A stretch of DNA of 63,746 nucleotides from Devosia sp. (GTDB lineage: Bacteria; Pseudomonadota; Alphaproteobacteria; Rhizobiales; Devosiaceae), in the NCBI GenBank assembly GCA_035433065.1, contig DAORUH010000001.1, positions 1-63,746 of the forward strand, given 5' to 3'. Below, one piece after another: positions 1 to 9,208 of the stretch. The position numbers and the translations under genes were made by a program. The notes under the pieces are model-generated. The model was not told the DNA's origin. It made no database searches and worked only from the letters and a program-made list of their open reading frames with translations. Every line of letters starts with the position of its first letter. Within the stretch, counting starts at the first letter, position 1.

Positions 1-864
1 ACCGAGGAGAATTCGGCGGCGGTGGTCACCGGCCGGAACGCCAACGCCAGGGACGAACGGCTGAAGCAGGTGATGGAGGTCATCACCCGCAAGCTGCACG
101 AGGCGGTGAAAGAGATCGAGCCGACGCAGGATGAGTGGTTCGAAGCCATCATGTTCCTGACGAAGACCGGGCACCTTTCCAACGACTGGCGGCAGGAGTT
201 CATCCTGCTCTCCGACGTGCTCGGCGTCTCCATGCTGGTCGACGCGATCAACAACCGCAAACCCAGCGGCGCGAGCGAGAGCACGGTGCTCGGGCCGTTC
301 CATGTCGCCGATGCGCCCGAACTGCCGATGGGCGCCAACATCTGCCTCGACCACAAGGGCGAGGACATGGTGATCTCGGGCCGCATCCTCGATACCGCGG
401 GCAACCCCCTCGCCGATGCGGTGCTCGATGTCTGGCAGGCCAATGACGAGGGTTTCTACGACGTGCAGCAGAAGGGCATCCAGCCCGATTTCAACCTGCG
501 CGGCGTGTTCCGCACCGGCGCCGACGGCCGCTACTGGTTCCGCGCCGTCAAGCCAAAGTACTACCCCATCCCCGATGACGGCACGGTGGGCAAGCTCCTC
601 GGCGCGCTCGGCCGCCACCCCTATCGCCCGGCGCACCTGCACTTCATCCTCAAGGCCCCGGGCTTCGAGACGCTGACCACCCACATCTTCGATCCCGACG
701 ATCCCTACATCAACTCCGACGCCGTGTTCGGCGTGAAGGAGAGCCTCCTCGCCGAGTTCCGCCATGTCGATGACGCGGCGCGGGCCCGCGAGCTGGCGTT
801 CAAAACGCCGTTCTGGGAGGTCGAATACGACTTCGTGCTGGCGAGGGCCTCCGACCGGCGCTAG
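1..864 (+). CDS. Intradiol ring-cleavage dioxygenase (hydroxyquinol/catechol 1,2-dioxygenase family), 5'-truncated by window edge
   Basis: Frame open from base 1 (TEENSAAVVTGRN...). Motifs EFILLSDVLG, TVLGPF, VWQANDEGFYD, YYPIPDDG and RPAHLHF include the Tyr/His Fe(III) ligands. Confidence 0.9.
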   Translation, partial: TEENSAAVVTGRNANARDERLKQVMEVITRKLHEAVKEIEPTQDEWFEAIMFLTKTGHLSNDWRQEFILLSDVLGVSMLVDAINNRKPSGASESTVLGPFHVADAPELPMGANICLDHKGEDMVISGRILDTAGNPLADAVLDVWQANDEGFYDVQQKGIQPDFNLRGVFRTGADGRYWFRAVKPKYYPIPDDGTVGKLLGALGRHPYRPAHLHFILKAPGFETLTTHIFDPDDPYINSDAVFGVKESLLAEFRHVDDAARARELAFKTPFWEVEYDFVLARASDRR

Positions 865-909
865 TCCGTTGGCGCCATTTCCTGTGGCGAAATGACCGGG
901 CCTCGCAAC

Positions 910-935
910 GCGCCGCATATGCGCATATTCGGCGC
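910..935. promoter_or_regulatory. 26-bp near-perfect palindrome upstream of the D-amino-acid dehydrogenase gene (operator or hairpin)
   Basis: GCGCCGCATATGCGCATATTCGGCGC is self-complementary except for one base pair. Confidence 0.4.
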
Positions 936-976
936 ATGCGCGGCCGGTTGTGTCCGGCGGCTTGAGGGGCGATCCA

Positions 977-2191
977 ATGACATCTCGCGAAGTTGCCGTG
1001 GTCGGAGCCGGTGTCGTCGGCGTGGCCACGGCTTATGTCCTGGCGAGGGCCGGTCATCGCGTCACGCTGATCGATGCACGCAACGCCCCCGGCGAAGGTG
1101 TCAGCATGGGCAACGCGGCCCAGCTTTCCTGGGCCTATGGCGACGCCATGTCGTCGCCCTCGATGCTGCGCCATCTGCCGGCGATTTCGCTGGGCCGCGA
1201 TCCCGCCTTCAAGGTGCAGTGGCAGCTCGATCTCGATTTCCTCATCTGGGGCCTGCGCTTCGTGCTCAACGGCTCCGAGGCGAAGTGGTGGGCCAACACC
1301 GCCGCCGCCCTGGCGCTGGCCGATAAGTCGCGGCGCGAGTTCGACGCGCTCCGCGCCGAAGTCGACCTGCCGTTCTCCTACAGCGCCGCCGGCAAGCTGC
1401 ACCTCTACCCGACCCGCGAGGGGTTTGAGGCGGCGCGCAGCACCGTGGACCGGAAGGTCGCGCTCGGCATCGTCCAGCACATGATCGACCGCGAGGCGGC
1501 GACGCGGATCGAGCCGGGCCTTGCCGGCTATTCCGGCGACATCGCCGGCGTCATCCACACCCCGGGCGATGTGGTTGGCGATGCGAACGCCTTCTGCCGC
1601 GCCCTCACCGATTACATCGTGCGCCAGTACGGGGTGACGACGCTGTTCGGCCGCACCGTGTCGGGGATCACGCAGCGTGCCGGCAAGGTCGCCGCTGTGC
1701 GTTTCCTCGATCGGCCTGAACTGGCGGTGGATACCATCGTCGCGGCGACAGCGTCCTCGCGATCGCTGCTCAACGTCCTGCCCGAAGCACGTTCGGTGCG
1801 CCCGGTGCGCGGCTACTCGCTGACGGTGCAACGCCCCGACAGGGCGCCCAGAGTCAGCGTGACCGACGTGAAGCGCAAGCTCGCCTTCGCCTCGATCGGC
1901 GATCGCTTCCGTGTTGCCGGCCTCGCCGATATCGCCGCCCCGGGCAGCGGTTTCGATGACCGGCGTTTCGACGCTCTGCTGGCGGCGACCGAAAGCGTGT
2001 TCCCCGGCCTCTTCACGTCCACTCCTGAGGTGATGCGCTGGTCCGGCGAACGTCCGATGACGCCGTCATCGCTGCCCATCATCGGCCCCTCGAAGCGGAT
2101 CGATGGCCTGTTCGTCAACATTGGCCACGGCGGGCTCGGCTGGACCCTGTCGCTCGGCTCGGGGCGGCAGATCGCCGACCTCCTCGCCTGA
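977..2191 (+). CDS. FAD-dependent oxidoreductase, D-amino acid dehydrogenase (DadA-like) family
   Basis: GAGVVG Rossmann motif, SMGNAAQL, PVRGYSLT, WSGERPMTPSSLPIIG, GHGGLGWT. ATG at 977 follows GAGGGG. Confidence 0.88.
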   Translation: MTSREVAVVGAGVVGVATAYVLARAGHRVTLIDARNAPGEGVSMGNAAQLSWAYGDAMSSPSMLRHLPAISLGRDPAFKVQWQLDLDFLIWGLRFVLNGSEAKWWANTAAALALADKSRREFDALRAEVDLPFSYSAAGKLHLYPTREGFEAARSTVDRKVALGIVQHMIDREAATRIEPGLAGYSGDIAGVIHTPGDVVGDANAFCRALTDYIVRQYGVTTLFGRTVSGITQRAGKVAAVRFLDRPELAVDTIVAATASSRSLLNVLPEARSVRPVRGYSLTVQRPDRAPRVSVTDVKRKLAFASIGDRFRVAGLADIAAPGSGFDDRRFDALLAATESVFPGLFTSTPEVMRWSGERPMTPSSLPIIGPSKRIDGLFVNIGHGGLGWTLSLGSGRQIADLLA

Positions 2192-2206
2192 CGCGGTAGA
2201 GCTTGG

Positions 2207-2974
2207 TCAGGCGCTCAGTTCGCGCGAGATCGCCGCGGCGACCTCGGCGAGGCGGGTGCCGACCTTGGGCACCAGCAGGCGCGGCAGCCGCGATTTCGGC
2301 GCCGACAGGCTGATCGCCGCTATCGGGGTCTCGGTCTCGTCGACAATGGCGGCCCCGATGCAGGCCACGTCGTCATCGTTCTCTTCTACCTCGGTGGCAT
2401 AGCCCAGCCGGTGCGCCTGCCGGAGCAGCCGTTCGAGTGCGTCCGGCGCGACAACGGTGCGGCTCGTGCGCACCGCAAGCGAGCGGCTGAGTTCGGTCTT
2501 GCGGGTGGCTTCCGGCAGGTAGGAAAGCATCGCCTTGCCCAGCGCCGTCGAGTGCAGCGGATGCCGATCGCCGACGCGTCCCTGGACGCGCAGCATGTGC
2601 GTTCCCTCGACGATGTCGATGTAGATCACCACGCCGTCCTGCTGCAGCGCCAGGTTCACGGTTTCACCGTACTCGGTGACCAGCTGCTGCAGGTGCGGCC
2701 GCGCAATCATGCGCAGGCGGTGCAGGCTGCTGTCGGCCTTGGCGAGCGAGCGGAACTTTGAGCCGATGCTATAGGTATTGGTCTGCGTGTCGTGGTCGAC
2801 AAAGCCGGCTTCGACCAGCGTCTGCAGGTACCGGAAGGCCGATGTCTTGGGGAGCTTGAGTTCCTTGCACACCGCCGAAAGCGGCATCCCGGATGCGTTC
2901 TCAGCGACCAGCGTCAGTACCGCCAGCGCCTTCTGGGCCGGCTGTACAATGTAGCGCTTGGACGTCGTCGTCAT
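2207..2974 (-). CDS. IclR-family transcriptional regulator
   Basis: HTH LPKTSAFRYLQTL; effector-domain motifs ETVNLA, PLHSTALGKAML, ACIGAAI. Start set at ATG 2974. Confidence 0.92.
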   Translation of the reverse strand: MTTTSKRYIVQPAQKALAVLTLVAENASGMPLSAVCKELKLPKTSAFRYLQTLVEAGFVDHDTQTNTYSIGSKFRSLAKADSSLHRLRMIARPHLQQLVTEYGETVNLALQQDGVVIYIDIVEGTHMLRVQGRVGDRHPLHSTALGKAMLSYLPEATRKTELSRSLAVRTSRTVVAPDALERLLRQAHRLGYATEVEENDDDVACIGAAIVDETETPIAAISLSAPKSRLPRLLVPKVGTRLAEVAAAISRELSA

Positions 2975-3088
2975 ACAGCTTCCCCCGCCAGCCACCTGTT
3001 CCTCTGCGCGAAACGGTGGTTCCTTTACATGCATTCTGTACCGTGGTTCGGTTCATGGCAATAGTTTGAAGCGCCCAGGCAGGCTCAC

Positions 3089-4402
3089 GTGACCAAATCC
3101 TTTCTCAAGTTCGACGCATCCGCAGCCCAGGTGGCCGACGGCTCCCGCTTTGTCGCCGGTGGCGTCAACAGCAACTTCCGCGTGGGCATGGGCTACGGCC
3201 CGCTGGTGTTCGAAAAGGGCGATGGCCCGTACCTGCTCGATCTCGATGGCAACCGCCTGATCGACTACTACGGCGGCATGGGCGCGATGGTGCTCGGCCA
3301 CACGCCCGCGCCGGTCATCGCCGCGGTCACCGAACAGGTTCAGAACGGCATTCTCTATGCCGGTCAGTCGAAGCTTGAATACGAAGCGGCCGAACTGCTG
3401 TGCGGCCGCATCCCTTCTGCCGAGCGGGTCCGCTTCGGCTCCTCCGGGTCCGAGGTTGCGCAGGCCGCCATCCGTCTGGCGCGCGCCTCGACGGGTCGCC
3501 GCACGATCCTGAAGTTCGAGGGCCACTATCACGGCTGGTTCGACAACGTCCTGTGGTCGACGGCGCCCTCGCTGAACGCCGCCGGTCCCGACGATGCACC
3601 GGCGCTGGTCGCCGGCACGCCGGGCCAGCACGATGACGATCATGCCGGGCTCGAAGTCCTGCAGTGGAACGACCTTGAGGCGCTGCAGCGGCGTCTCGCC
3701 AAGGGCGACGTTGCCGGTGTCATCATGGAAGCCGCCATGTGCAACCAGGGCGCGATTTCACCGCTGCCCGGGTATCTGGAAGGCGCCAAGGAAGCCTGCA
3801 AGAAGCATGGCGCGGTGCTCATCTTCGACGAAGTCATCACCGGCTTCCGGCTCGCTGCCGGCGGTGCGCAGGAACGCTTCGGCGTTACGCCCGATCTGTC
3901 GATCTTCGCCAAGGCCATCGCCAACGGTCTGCCGGCCGCCGCTATCGTCGGCCGCGCCGATCTCATGGAACTGTTCGGCAAGGGCGTGCTGCATGGCGGC
4001 ACGTTCAACTCGCAGCCCGTGATCATGGCGGCGCTGCTGGCGACGCAGAAGGGCCTCACGCCCGAGCACTATCGCGACACCTCGGTGCGCGGCGTGCGGC
4101 TGCGCGACGGCATCCGCAGCGCGCTGTCTGCTGCCGGCATCACGGCGCAGGTCACCGGTTTCGAGCTGATGTTCCACATTGCCTTCGGCCTTACGGAACC
4201 GGCGCGGAACTATCGCGATCTCGCCCGGTCGGACAAGCACGGCTACAGCCTCTTCGCCCAGGCGCTGCTACGCCGCGGCGTGCGTGTGCTCGAGCGCGGT
4301 GCGTGGTTCGTGTCTGCCGCCCATGACGACGCCGTCATCGACCAGACGCTGGCGATCGTTGCCGAGGCCGCGGCCGAAGTGGCGCCGCAACTCGGCAAGT
4401 AA
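3089..4402 (+). CDS. Class III PLP aminotransferase (glutamate-1-semialdehyde aminomutase-like)
   Basis: SGSE, FEGHYHG, FDEVITGFR, FAKAIANG (PLP lysine), GGTFN. GTG start. Confidence 0.88.
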   Translation: MTKSFLKFDASAAQVADGSRFVAGGVNSNFRVGMGYGPLVFEKGDGPYLLDLDGNRLIDYYGGMGAMVLGHTPAPVIAAVTEQVQNGILYAGQSKLEYEAAELLCGRIPSAERVRFGSSGSEVAQAAIRLARASTGRRTILKFEGHYHGWFDNVLWSTAPSLNAAGPDDAPALVAGTPGQHDDDHAGLEVLQWNDLEALQRRLAKGDVAGVIMEAAMCNQGAISPLPGYLEGAKEACKKHGAVLIFDEVITGFRLAAGGAQERFGVTPDLSIFAKAIANGLPAAAIVGRADLMELFGKGVLHGGTFNSQPVIMAALLATQKGLTPEHYRDTSVRGVRLRDGIRSALSAAGITAQVTGFELMFHIAFGLTEPARNYRDLARSDKHGYSLFAQALLRRGVRVLERGAWFVSAAHDDAVIDQTLAIVAEAAAEVAPQLGK

Positions 4403-4479
4403 CTGCTGCATATGCCGGTGACGCAGGACCGTCCTTGAGGTATCCACCGGCGAGACAACACCGCACGGGGGCGAGGGAT

Positions 4480-5895
4480 ATGCGCAATTCGGACGACGTC
4501 TGGGACCTGATCGACAGCCAGCGCGAGGATTTCATCGCGCTGAGCGACCGTATCTGGGGCACGCCGGAGATCGCCTATTCCGAGTTCAAGTCGGTCGCCG
4601 AACACATCGCCATGCTGGAGCAGCAGGGTTTCCGCGTGATGCGTGACGTCGCCGGCATCCCCACGGCGGTCATCGGCGAGGCAGGCGAAGACGGTCCGGT
4701 CATCGCCATCCTCGGCGAGTATGACGCCCTTCCCGGCCTGTCGCAGGAAGCGGGCCTCGATGAGCCGAAGCCCGTGCTGGACGGCGGCCACGGCCACGGC
4801 TGCGGGCACAACTATCTCGGCTCCGCGGCCATGCTTGCCGCAGTGGGCGTGCGCGACTGGCTCAAGAAAAGCGGCATCAAGGGGCGCGTGCGCTACTACG
4901 GCTGCCCGGCCGAAGAGGGCGGGGCGGCCAAGTCGTTCATGGTCCGCGCCGGCGCCTTCGATGATGTCGACATCGCCATCAGCTGGCATCCGGATTCGTT
5001 CACGCGCGTCGCGCCGCCGCTGGCACTGGCCAATACGCGCGTCGATTTCACCTTCACCGGCCGCGCAGCCCACGCCGCCGCCTCGCCGCACCTCGGCCGT
5101 TCGGCGCTCGATGCCGTCGAACTCATGAACGTGGGAGTGAACTATCTGCGTGAGCACGTCCCCTCGGACAGCCGCATCCACTACGCCATGCTGGATTCGG
5201 GCGGCGTCGCGCCGAACGTGGTGCAGGCCCGCGCCGTCGTCCGCTACGCCATCCGCGCACCGGAACTTCCGGCCATGTTCGATCTCATCCGCCGCGTGAC
5301 CAAGGTCGCCGAAGGCGCGGCCCTGATGACCGAGACGCAGATGGAATCGCGCGTCGTCAGCGCCGTCTCCAACCTCCTCGCCAACGAGCCGCTCGAAGCG
5401 GCCATGGGGCGCGTCTTCGACCGCCTTGGTCCGGTGCAATTCGATGCTGCGGACCGCGAATACGCCGCGCGCATCCAGAAAACCCTGTCGCCCGACCACG
5501 TTCCGTCCTCCTATGCCTCGATCGGGATGGAACCGACCGACGCGCCGCTGTGCGATTTCGTCGTGCCGCGCGAAGGCGTTGGCAAGCCCATGGGGTCGAC
5601 CGACGTCGGCGACGTGAGCTGGGTCGTTCCCACGGTGCAGGCGCGTGTCGCGACCTTCGCCATCGGCACCCCGCTCCACACCTGGCAGGTCACGGCGCAG
5701 GGCAAGTCCCCGGCCGCGCACAAGGGTTTCGTGCACGCCGCCAAGGTGATGGCCTCGACGGCGATCGAAGCGCTGCTCGATCCCACGATCATCACGGCCG
5801 CCAAGGCGGACCTCAAGAAGCGCGCCGGTGCGGGCTACGTGTCGCCGCTGCCCGCCAACGTGCAGCCGCCGCTCAAGTTCACGTCCTCCAACTAG
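4480..5895 (+). CDS. M20 amidohydrolase, p-aminobenzoyl-glutamate hydrolase subunit B (AbgB)-like
   Basis: GEYDALPGL, GHGCGHN, CPAEEGG, SWHP, GSTDVGDVSW. ATG at 4480 follows GAGGG. Confidence 0.88.
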   Translation: MRNSDDVWDLIDSQREDFIALSDRIWGTPEIAYSEFKSVAEHIAMLEQQGFRVMRDVAGIPTAVIGEAGEDGPVIAILGEYDALPGLSQEAGLDEPKPVLDGGHGHGCGHNYLGSAAMLAAVGVRDWLKKSGIKGRVRYYGCPAEEGGAAKSFMVRAGAFDDVDIAISWHPDSFTRVAPPLALANTRVDFTFTGRAAHAAASPHLGRSALDAVELMNVGVNYLREHVPSDSRIHYAMLDSGGVAPNVVQARAVVRYAIRAPELPAMFDLIRRVTKVAEGAALMTETQMESRVVSAVSNLLANEPLEAAMGRVFDRLGPVQFDAADREYAARIQKTLSPDHVPSSYASIGMEPTDAPLCDFVVPREGVGKPMGSTDVGDVSWVVPTVQARVATFAIGTPLHTWQVTAQGKSPAAHKGFVHAAKVMASTAIEALLDPTIITAAKADLKKRAGAGYVSPLPANVQPPLKFTSSN

Positions 5896-5914
5896 GCCGG
5901 GGCGCAGTCCTGAA

Positions 5915-7264
5915 GTGACGACCGTTATCGAGGCCATCGCACACTGGTGCGCCACTCAACCCCGGTCCGGCGAAGCCGAACGCGCCGCGGCGCGCGATGC
6001 CATCGCCGATACCATCGCCTGCCTCTATGCCGGGCGCGCCGATGAGACGACCACCGCCGTCACCGCCGCCTTTGGCGGCCATGCCGGCGAGGCGCAGCGT
6101 TCGGTCCGCTGGGTCGGGCCGGGTCGCACCGCGCCGTCCCTTGCCGCGCTCGCCAACGGCACCGCCGCGCACGCGCTCGATTTCGACGACAACTTCACCC
6201 CCGGCATGAGCCACGCCTCTGCCGTCATCGTGCCGGCGCTGCTGGCGGTGGCCGACTGGGTCGGCGCCAGCGGCGAGCGCTTCGTCGATGCCTATCTTCT
6301 TGCCCTCCAGGCGCAGGATTTCGTCGGCAGCGGCGTGCGGCCCTCGCACTACACCGCCGGCTGGCACGGCACTTCCACCGTCGGCTCCATCGGCACCGCC
6401 ATCGGCACCGCGTACCTTCTCGGCCTCGATGAAGCCGGCATGGCGCGCGCCCTGTCGCTCGGTACCAGCATGGCCTCCGGCGGCAAGGGCCAGTTCGGTT
6501 CGCCCGTAAAACCCTTCCACGCCGGCATGGCCTCGCGCAATGCCGTCGAAGCCGCGCTGCTCGCCGCCGAGGGCCTCACCGGCCGCCTCGATATCCTCGA
6601 ACGCGACCAGGGTTTTCTCGAACTCTTCGGCGGCCCCACCCCGCCCGGCTACGATATCGACGCCATCGCGAACACTGCGACCAACGTCATCCTCGCCGCC
6701 GGCCTCGCGCCCAAGGCACACCCGTGCTGCGGTTCGACCCACAAGATCGTCGACGCGATCATCGACCTGATGAACGAGGAGAAGATCGACCCGGACACGG
6801 TCGCGTCGGTGAACGGCCATGTCGGCCCCGCCAACTACCGCAACCTGCCCTACACCAACCCGCAGGACGAGATGGAGGCGCGCTTCTCCATGCAATACTG
6901 CGCCGCGCTGGCGTTCCGGCAGGGCATCCTGAAGCTCTCCGACTTCACCCCCGGCGTGGTGCGTCAGAAAGCGGGCGATCCGCTGATGTCGCGCATCGGT
7001 ATGACGCACTATTCCGCCGCCGAGGAAGCTGCGTCCGGCAAGCAGCCGCACGTCCTCACCGTCACCCTCAGCGACGGCCGCAGCTTCACCCGCGAGCGCG
7101 ATTTCGCGCGCGGCATGATCGAAGATCCGTTCACCGATGCCCAGAAGCGGGCCAAGTTCATGGATTGCTGCGACGGCCTCGCCAATGCCGCCGGCCTCTA
7201 CGGGCAGCTGATGGCGCTCGACGCGGCCCGCGACCTCGCGTTCCTCGATCCCGTCTTTAACTGA
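5915..7264 (+). CDS. MmgE/PrpD family protein
   Basis: NGTAAHALDFDD, GWHGTS, KPFHAG, KAHPCCGSTH, ARFSMQY. GTG start inferred at 5915. Confidence 0.88.
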   Translation: MTTVIEAIAHWCATQPRSGEAERAAARDAIADTIACLYAGRADETTTAVTAAFGGHAGEAQRSVRWVGPGRTAPSLAALANGTAAHALDFDDNFTPGMSHASAVIVPALLAVADWVGASGERFVDAYLLALQAQDFVGSGVRPSHYTAGWHGTSTVGSIGTAIGTAYLLGLDEAGMARALSLGTSMASGGKGQFGSPVKPFHAGMASRNAVEAALLAAEGLTGRLDILERDQGFLELFGGPTPPGYDIDAIANTATNVILAAGLAPKAHPCCGSTHKIVDAIIDLMNEEKIDPDTVASVNGHVGPANYRNLPYTNPQDEMEARFSMQYCAALAFRQGILKLSDFTPGVVRQKAGDPLMSRIGMTHYSAAEEAASGKQPHVLTVTLSDGRSFTRERDFARGMIEDPFTDAQKRAKFMDCCDGLANAAGLYGQLMALDAARDLAFLDPVFN

Positions 7265-7274
7265 GACGTCCGTC

Positions 7275-8351
7275 TCATCGGGCGGCGCGGAAGTGCCGCC
7301 CCACCTCGGCGAACAGCCGCAGATCCGCCATCGAATCCTCAAGGCTCGTCTTGTTCGGCGTGCCGTTGACGACGCTGTCGCGGAACGCCTCAAGCTCGAT
7401 CCGGAAGGGGTCTTCGTAGATCGGCCCGATGATCTCCGTCCCCGTATCCGTGTCGCTCGACGTGGTGATCTCAAGCCGCGTCGGCAGGTTGCGGATATAG
7501 GGCGTGTCGTAGTTCAGCTTGAACTGCTGGCGCTGCGTCAGCACCTCGATGCCCGCATCGAACCGCGACACATCGTCGATCACCGCCTCGTAGAGCGCGG
7601 TGAAGTGCCCGTAGTCGAACAGCGCAATCACCGTCTCGCCATTGTGCTGCGTGGCATAGCGCACGCCCTTCGGCGCGCCGAGCAGGTCGCGCATGGCAGA
7701 GAAGCTGTGCGAACTCAGCCCCGTCAGCACCTGATACGCGCGCAGCGCATCCGGAGGGCAGTCCTCGCCCATCACCGTCTTCAGCATGGCCTGCGTCCGC
7801 GCGCGTCCCTCCGCGATCACCGCGGCCGGCACATCGTCAGCGCGGAACACATTGCGCGTCTGCGCCACGAAGAACGGCGCCTCGCGGATGATGTCGCGGA
7901 TGCGCACATGCCCGATCGTCTCGAGCGCCGGCAGCCGGCGCTTGAGCTCCGTGAACCCGCGCGAAAACCGCCGCATATAGCCCACGAACAACACCTGCCC
8001 GGGCCGCCGCGGCACCGACAGGATCGGCTCCAGTTGCGCCGCCGTAAGGCACGCCGGCTTTTCGATGAACACATGCTTGCCCGAGCGGATGGATTTTTCC
8101 AGCAGCTCCGCGTGCAGGTGATCCGGCGTCAGGATGAACACCGCATCCAGCGCCGGATCAGCGATCAGCGCATCGGCGCTCGCGTGCTTGGTGGGCACGC
8201 CATAGCGCTTGGCGATATGGTCGACGAGGCTCGGCGACACATCGGTGATCGCCGTGATCGCAAACCGCGTATCGTCCGCGAGCAGCGGCAGGTGCATCAG
8301 CTGCGCAACTTCACCCAGCCCGATCAGGCCAACCTTCAGCGGCGCGCTCAT
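7275..8351 (-). CDS. Gfo/Idh/MocA family oxidoreductase (inositol 2-dehydrogenase-like)
   Basis: GLIGLG, TPDHLH, HVFIEKP, VGYMRRF. Confidence 0.88.
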   Translation of the reverse strand: MSAPLKVGLIGLGEVAQLMHLPLLADDTRFAITAITDVSPSLVDHIAKRYGVPTKHASADALIADPALDAVFILTPDHLHAELLEKSIRSGKHVFIEKPACLTAAQLEPILSVPRRPGQVLFVGYMRRFSRGFTELKRRLPALETIGHVRIRDIIREAPFFVAQTRNVFRADDVPAAVIAEGRARTQAMLKTVMGEDCPPDALRAYQVLTGLSSHSFSAMRDLLGAPKGVRYATQHNGETVIALFDYGHFTALYEAVIDDVSRFDAGIEVLTQRQQFKLNYDTPYIRNLPTRLEITTSSDTDTGTEIIGPIYEDPFRIELEAFRDSVVNGTPNKTSLEDSMADLRLFAEVGRHFRAAR

Positions 8352-9208
8352 GCGTCGATCGCATTCATGTAAGCAAGGTTTCGCGCCGCGAGCGCCAGCG
8401 GCGTTTCCTTGGCCTGCTCGGCAATGTCCTGTTCCACCACGATCGGCCCGGTAAAGCCGTGCCGCTCAAGCAGCCGCATCACCGCCTGTATGTCCACGGC
8501 GCCATCTGGCAGCGGACACATGATGCCGGCGCGGAACGCCGCGTCCATCGACAGCGCCCCATCAAGCACCTTCGCCCGCACCGCCGGGTCAACATTCTTC
8601 AGGTGCATATAGGCAATCCGCGGGAACACCCGCTCCATATAGGCGAGCACATCCTGCCCCCAATAGGCATGGTGGCCGGTATCGAAACAGAGGTCGACGT
8701 CGGTCTCTTCCAGCAGCCGGTCGATCTGCGCTTCCTTCTCGACGGCCGTGCCCACATGCGGGTGAAAGCTCAGCTTCAGCCCATGCTCGCCTTCGACGAG
8801 ATCGATCGCCGCGCGCACCATGTCGGTCAGCCCCTGCCAGCCGTCCTCGTCGAGCACGCCCTGCTGGTCGGCCGGGTAGAAATTGCTCTCGTCCATGATG
8901 ACGAGATGCTTCGCCCCCAGCGATTTCAGCAGCCCGCTGAGTTCGGTCAGCGTGGTGAGCAGTTCGGGCTTGCTCGATGGGTCGCCGAAAAGGTGCACAT
9001 GCGTCGCCCCGATCATCGTCAGGTTGCGCCGCGCCAGTTCGTCCTTCAGCAGCCCCGCGTCCTTGGGCAGGAAGCCGAAGGGCCCGAGCTCGGTGCCGCG
9101 ATAGCCCGCCGCCGCGACCTCATCGAGGTATTGCTGCCAGGTGTAGGCGTTGCCGGTGGGATAATTGATGCCCCAGGAACAGGGGGCGTTGCCGATCAGC
9201 ATGGTCAT
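8348..9208 (-). CDS. TIM-barrel sugar isomerase/dehydratase, inosose dehydratase (IolE)-like
   Basis: NAPCSWG, GTELGP, FHPHVGT, FDTGH, HLKN, VEQD. Overlaps both neighbours, indicating translational coupling. Confidence 0.82.
   Translation of the reverse strand: MTMLIGNAPCSWGINYPTGNAYTWQQYLDEVAAAGYRGTELGPFGFLPKDAGLLKDELARRNLTMIGATHVHLFGDPSSKPELLTTLTELSGLLKSLGAKHLVIMDESNFYPADQQGVLDEDGWQGLTDMVRAAIDLVEGEHGLKLSFHPHVGTAVEKEAQIDRLLEETDVDLCFDTGHHAYWGQDVLAYMERVFPRIAYMHLKNVDPAVRAKVLDGALSMDAAFRAGIMCPLPDGAVDIQAVMRLLERHGFTGPIVVEQDIAEQAKETPLALAARNLAYMNAIDA

Noticed and set aside
3010-3051. Repeated GTGGTTC motif between IclR and the aminotransferase as an operator
   Set aside because: Too short and degenerate to support without comparative data.
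3089-4402. Calling the aminotransferase hemL
   Set aside because: The context is catabolic, the N-terminal substrate motif differs (NSNFR), and alphaproteobacteria generally make ALA with ALA synthase.
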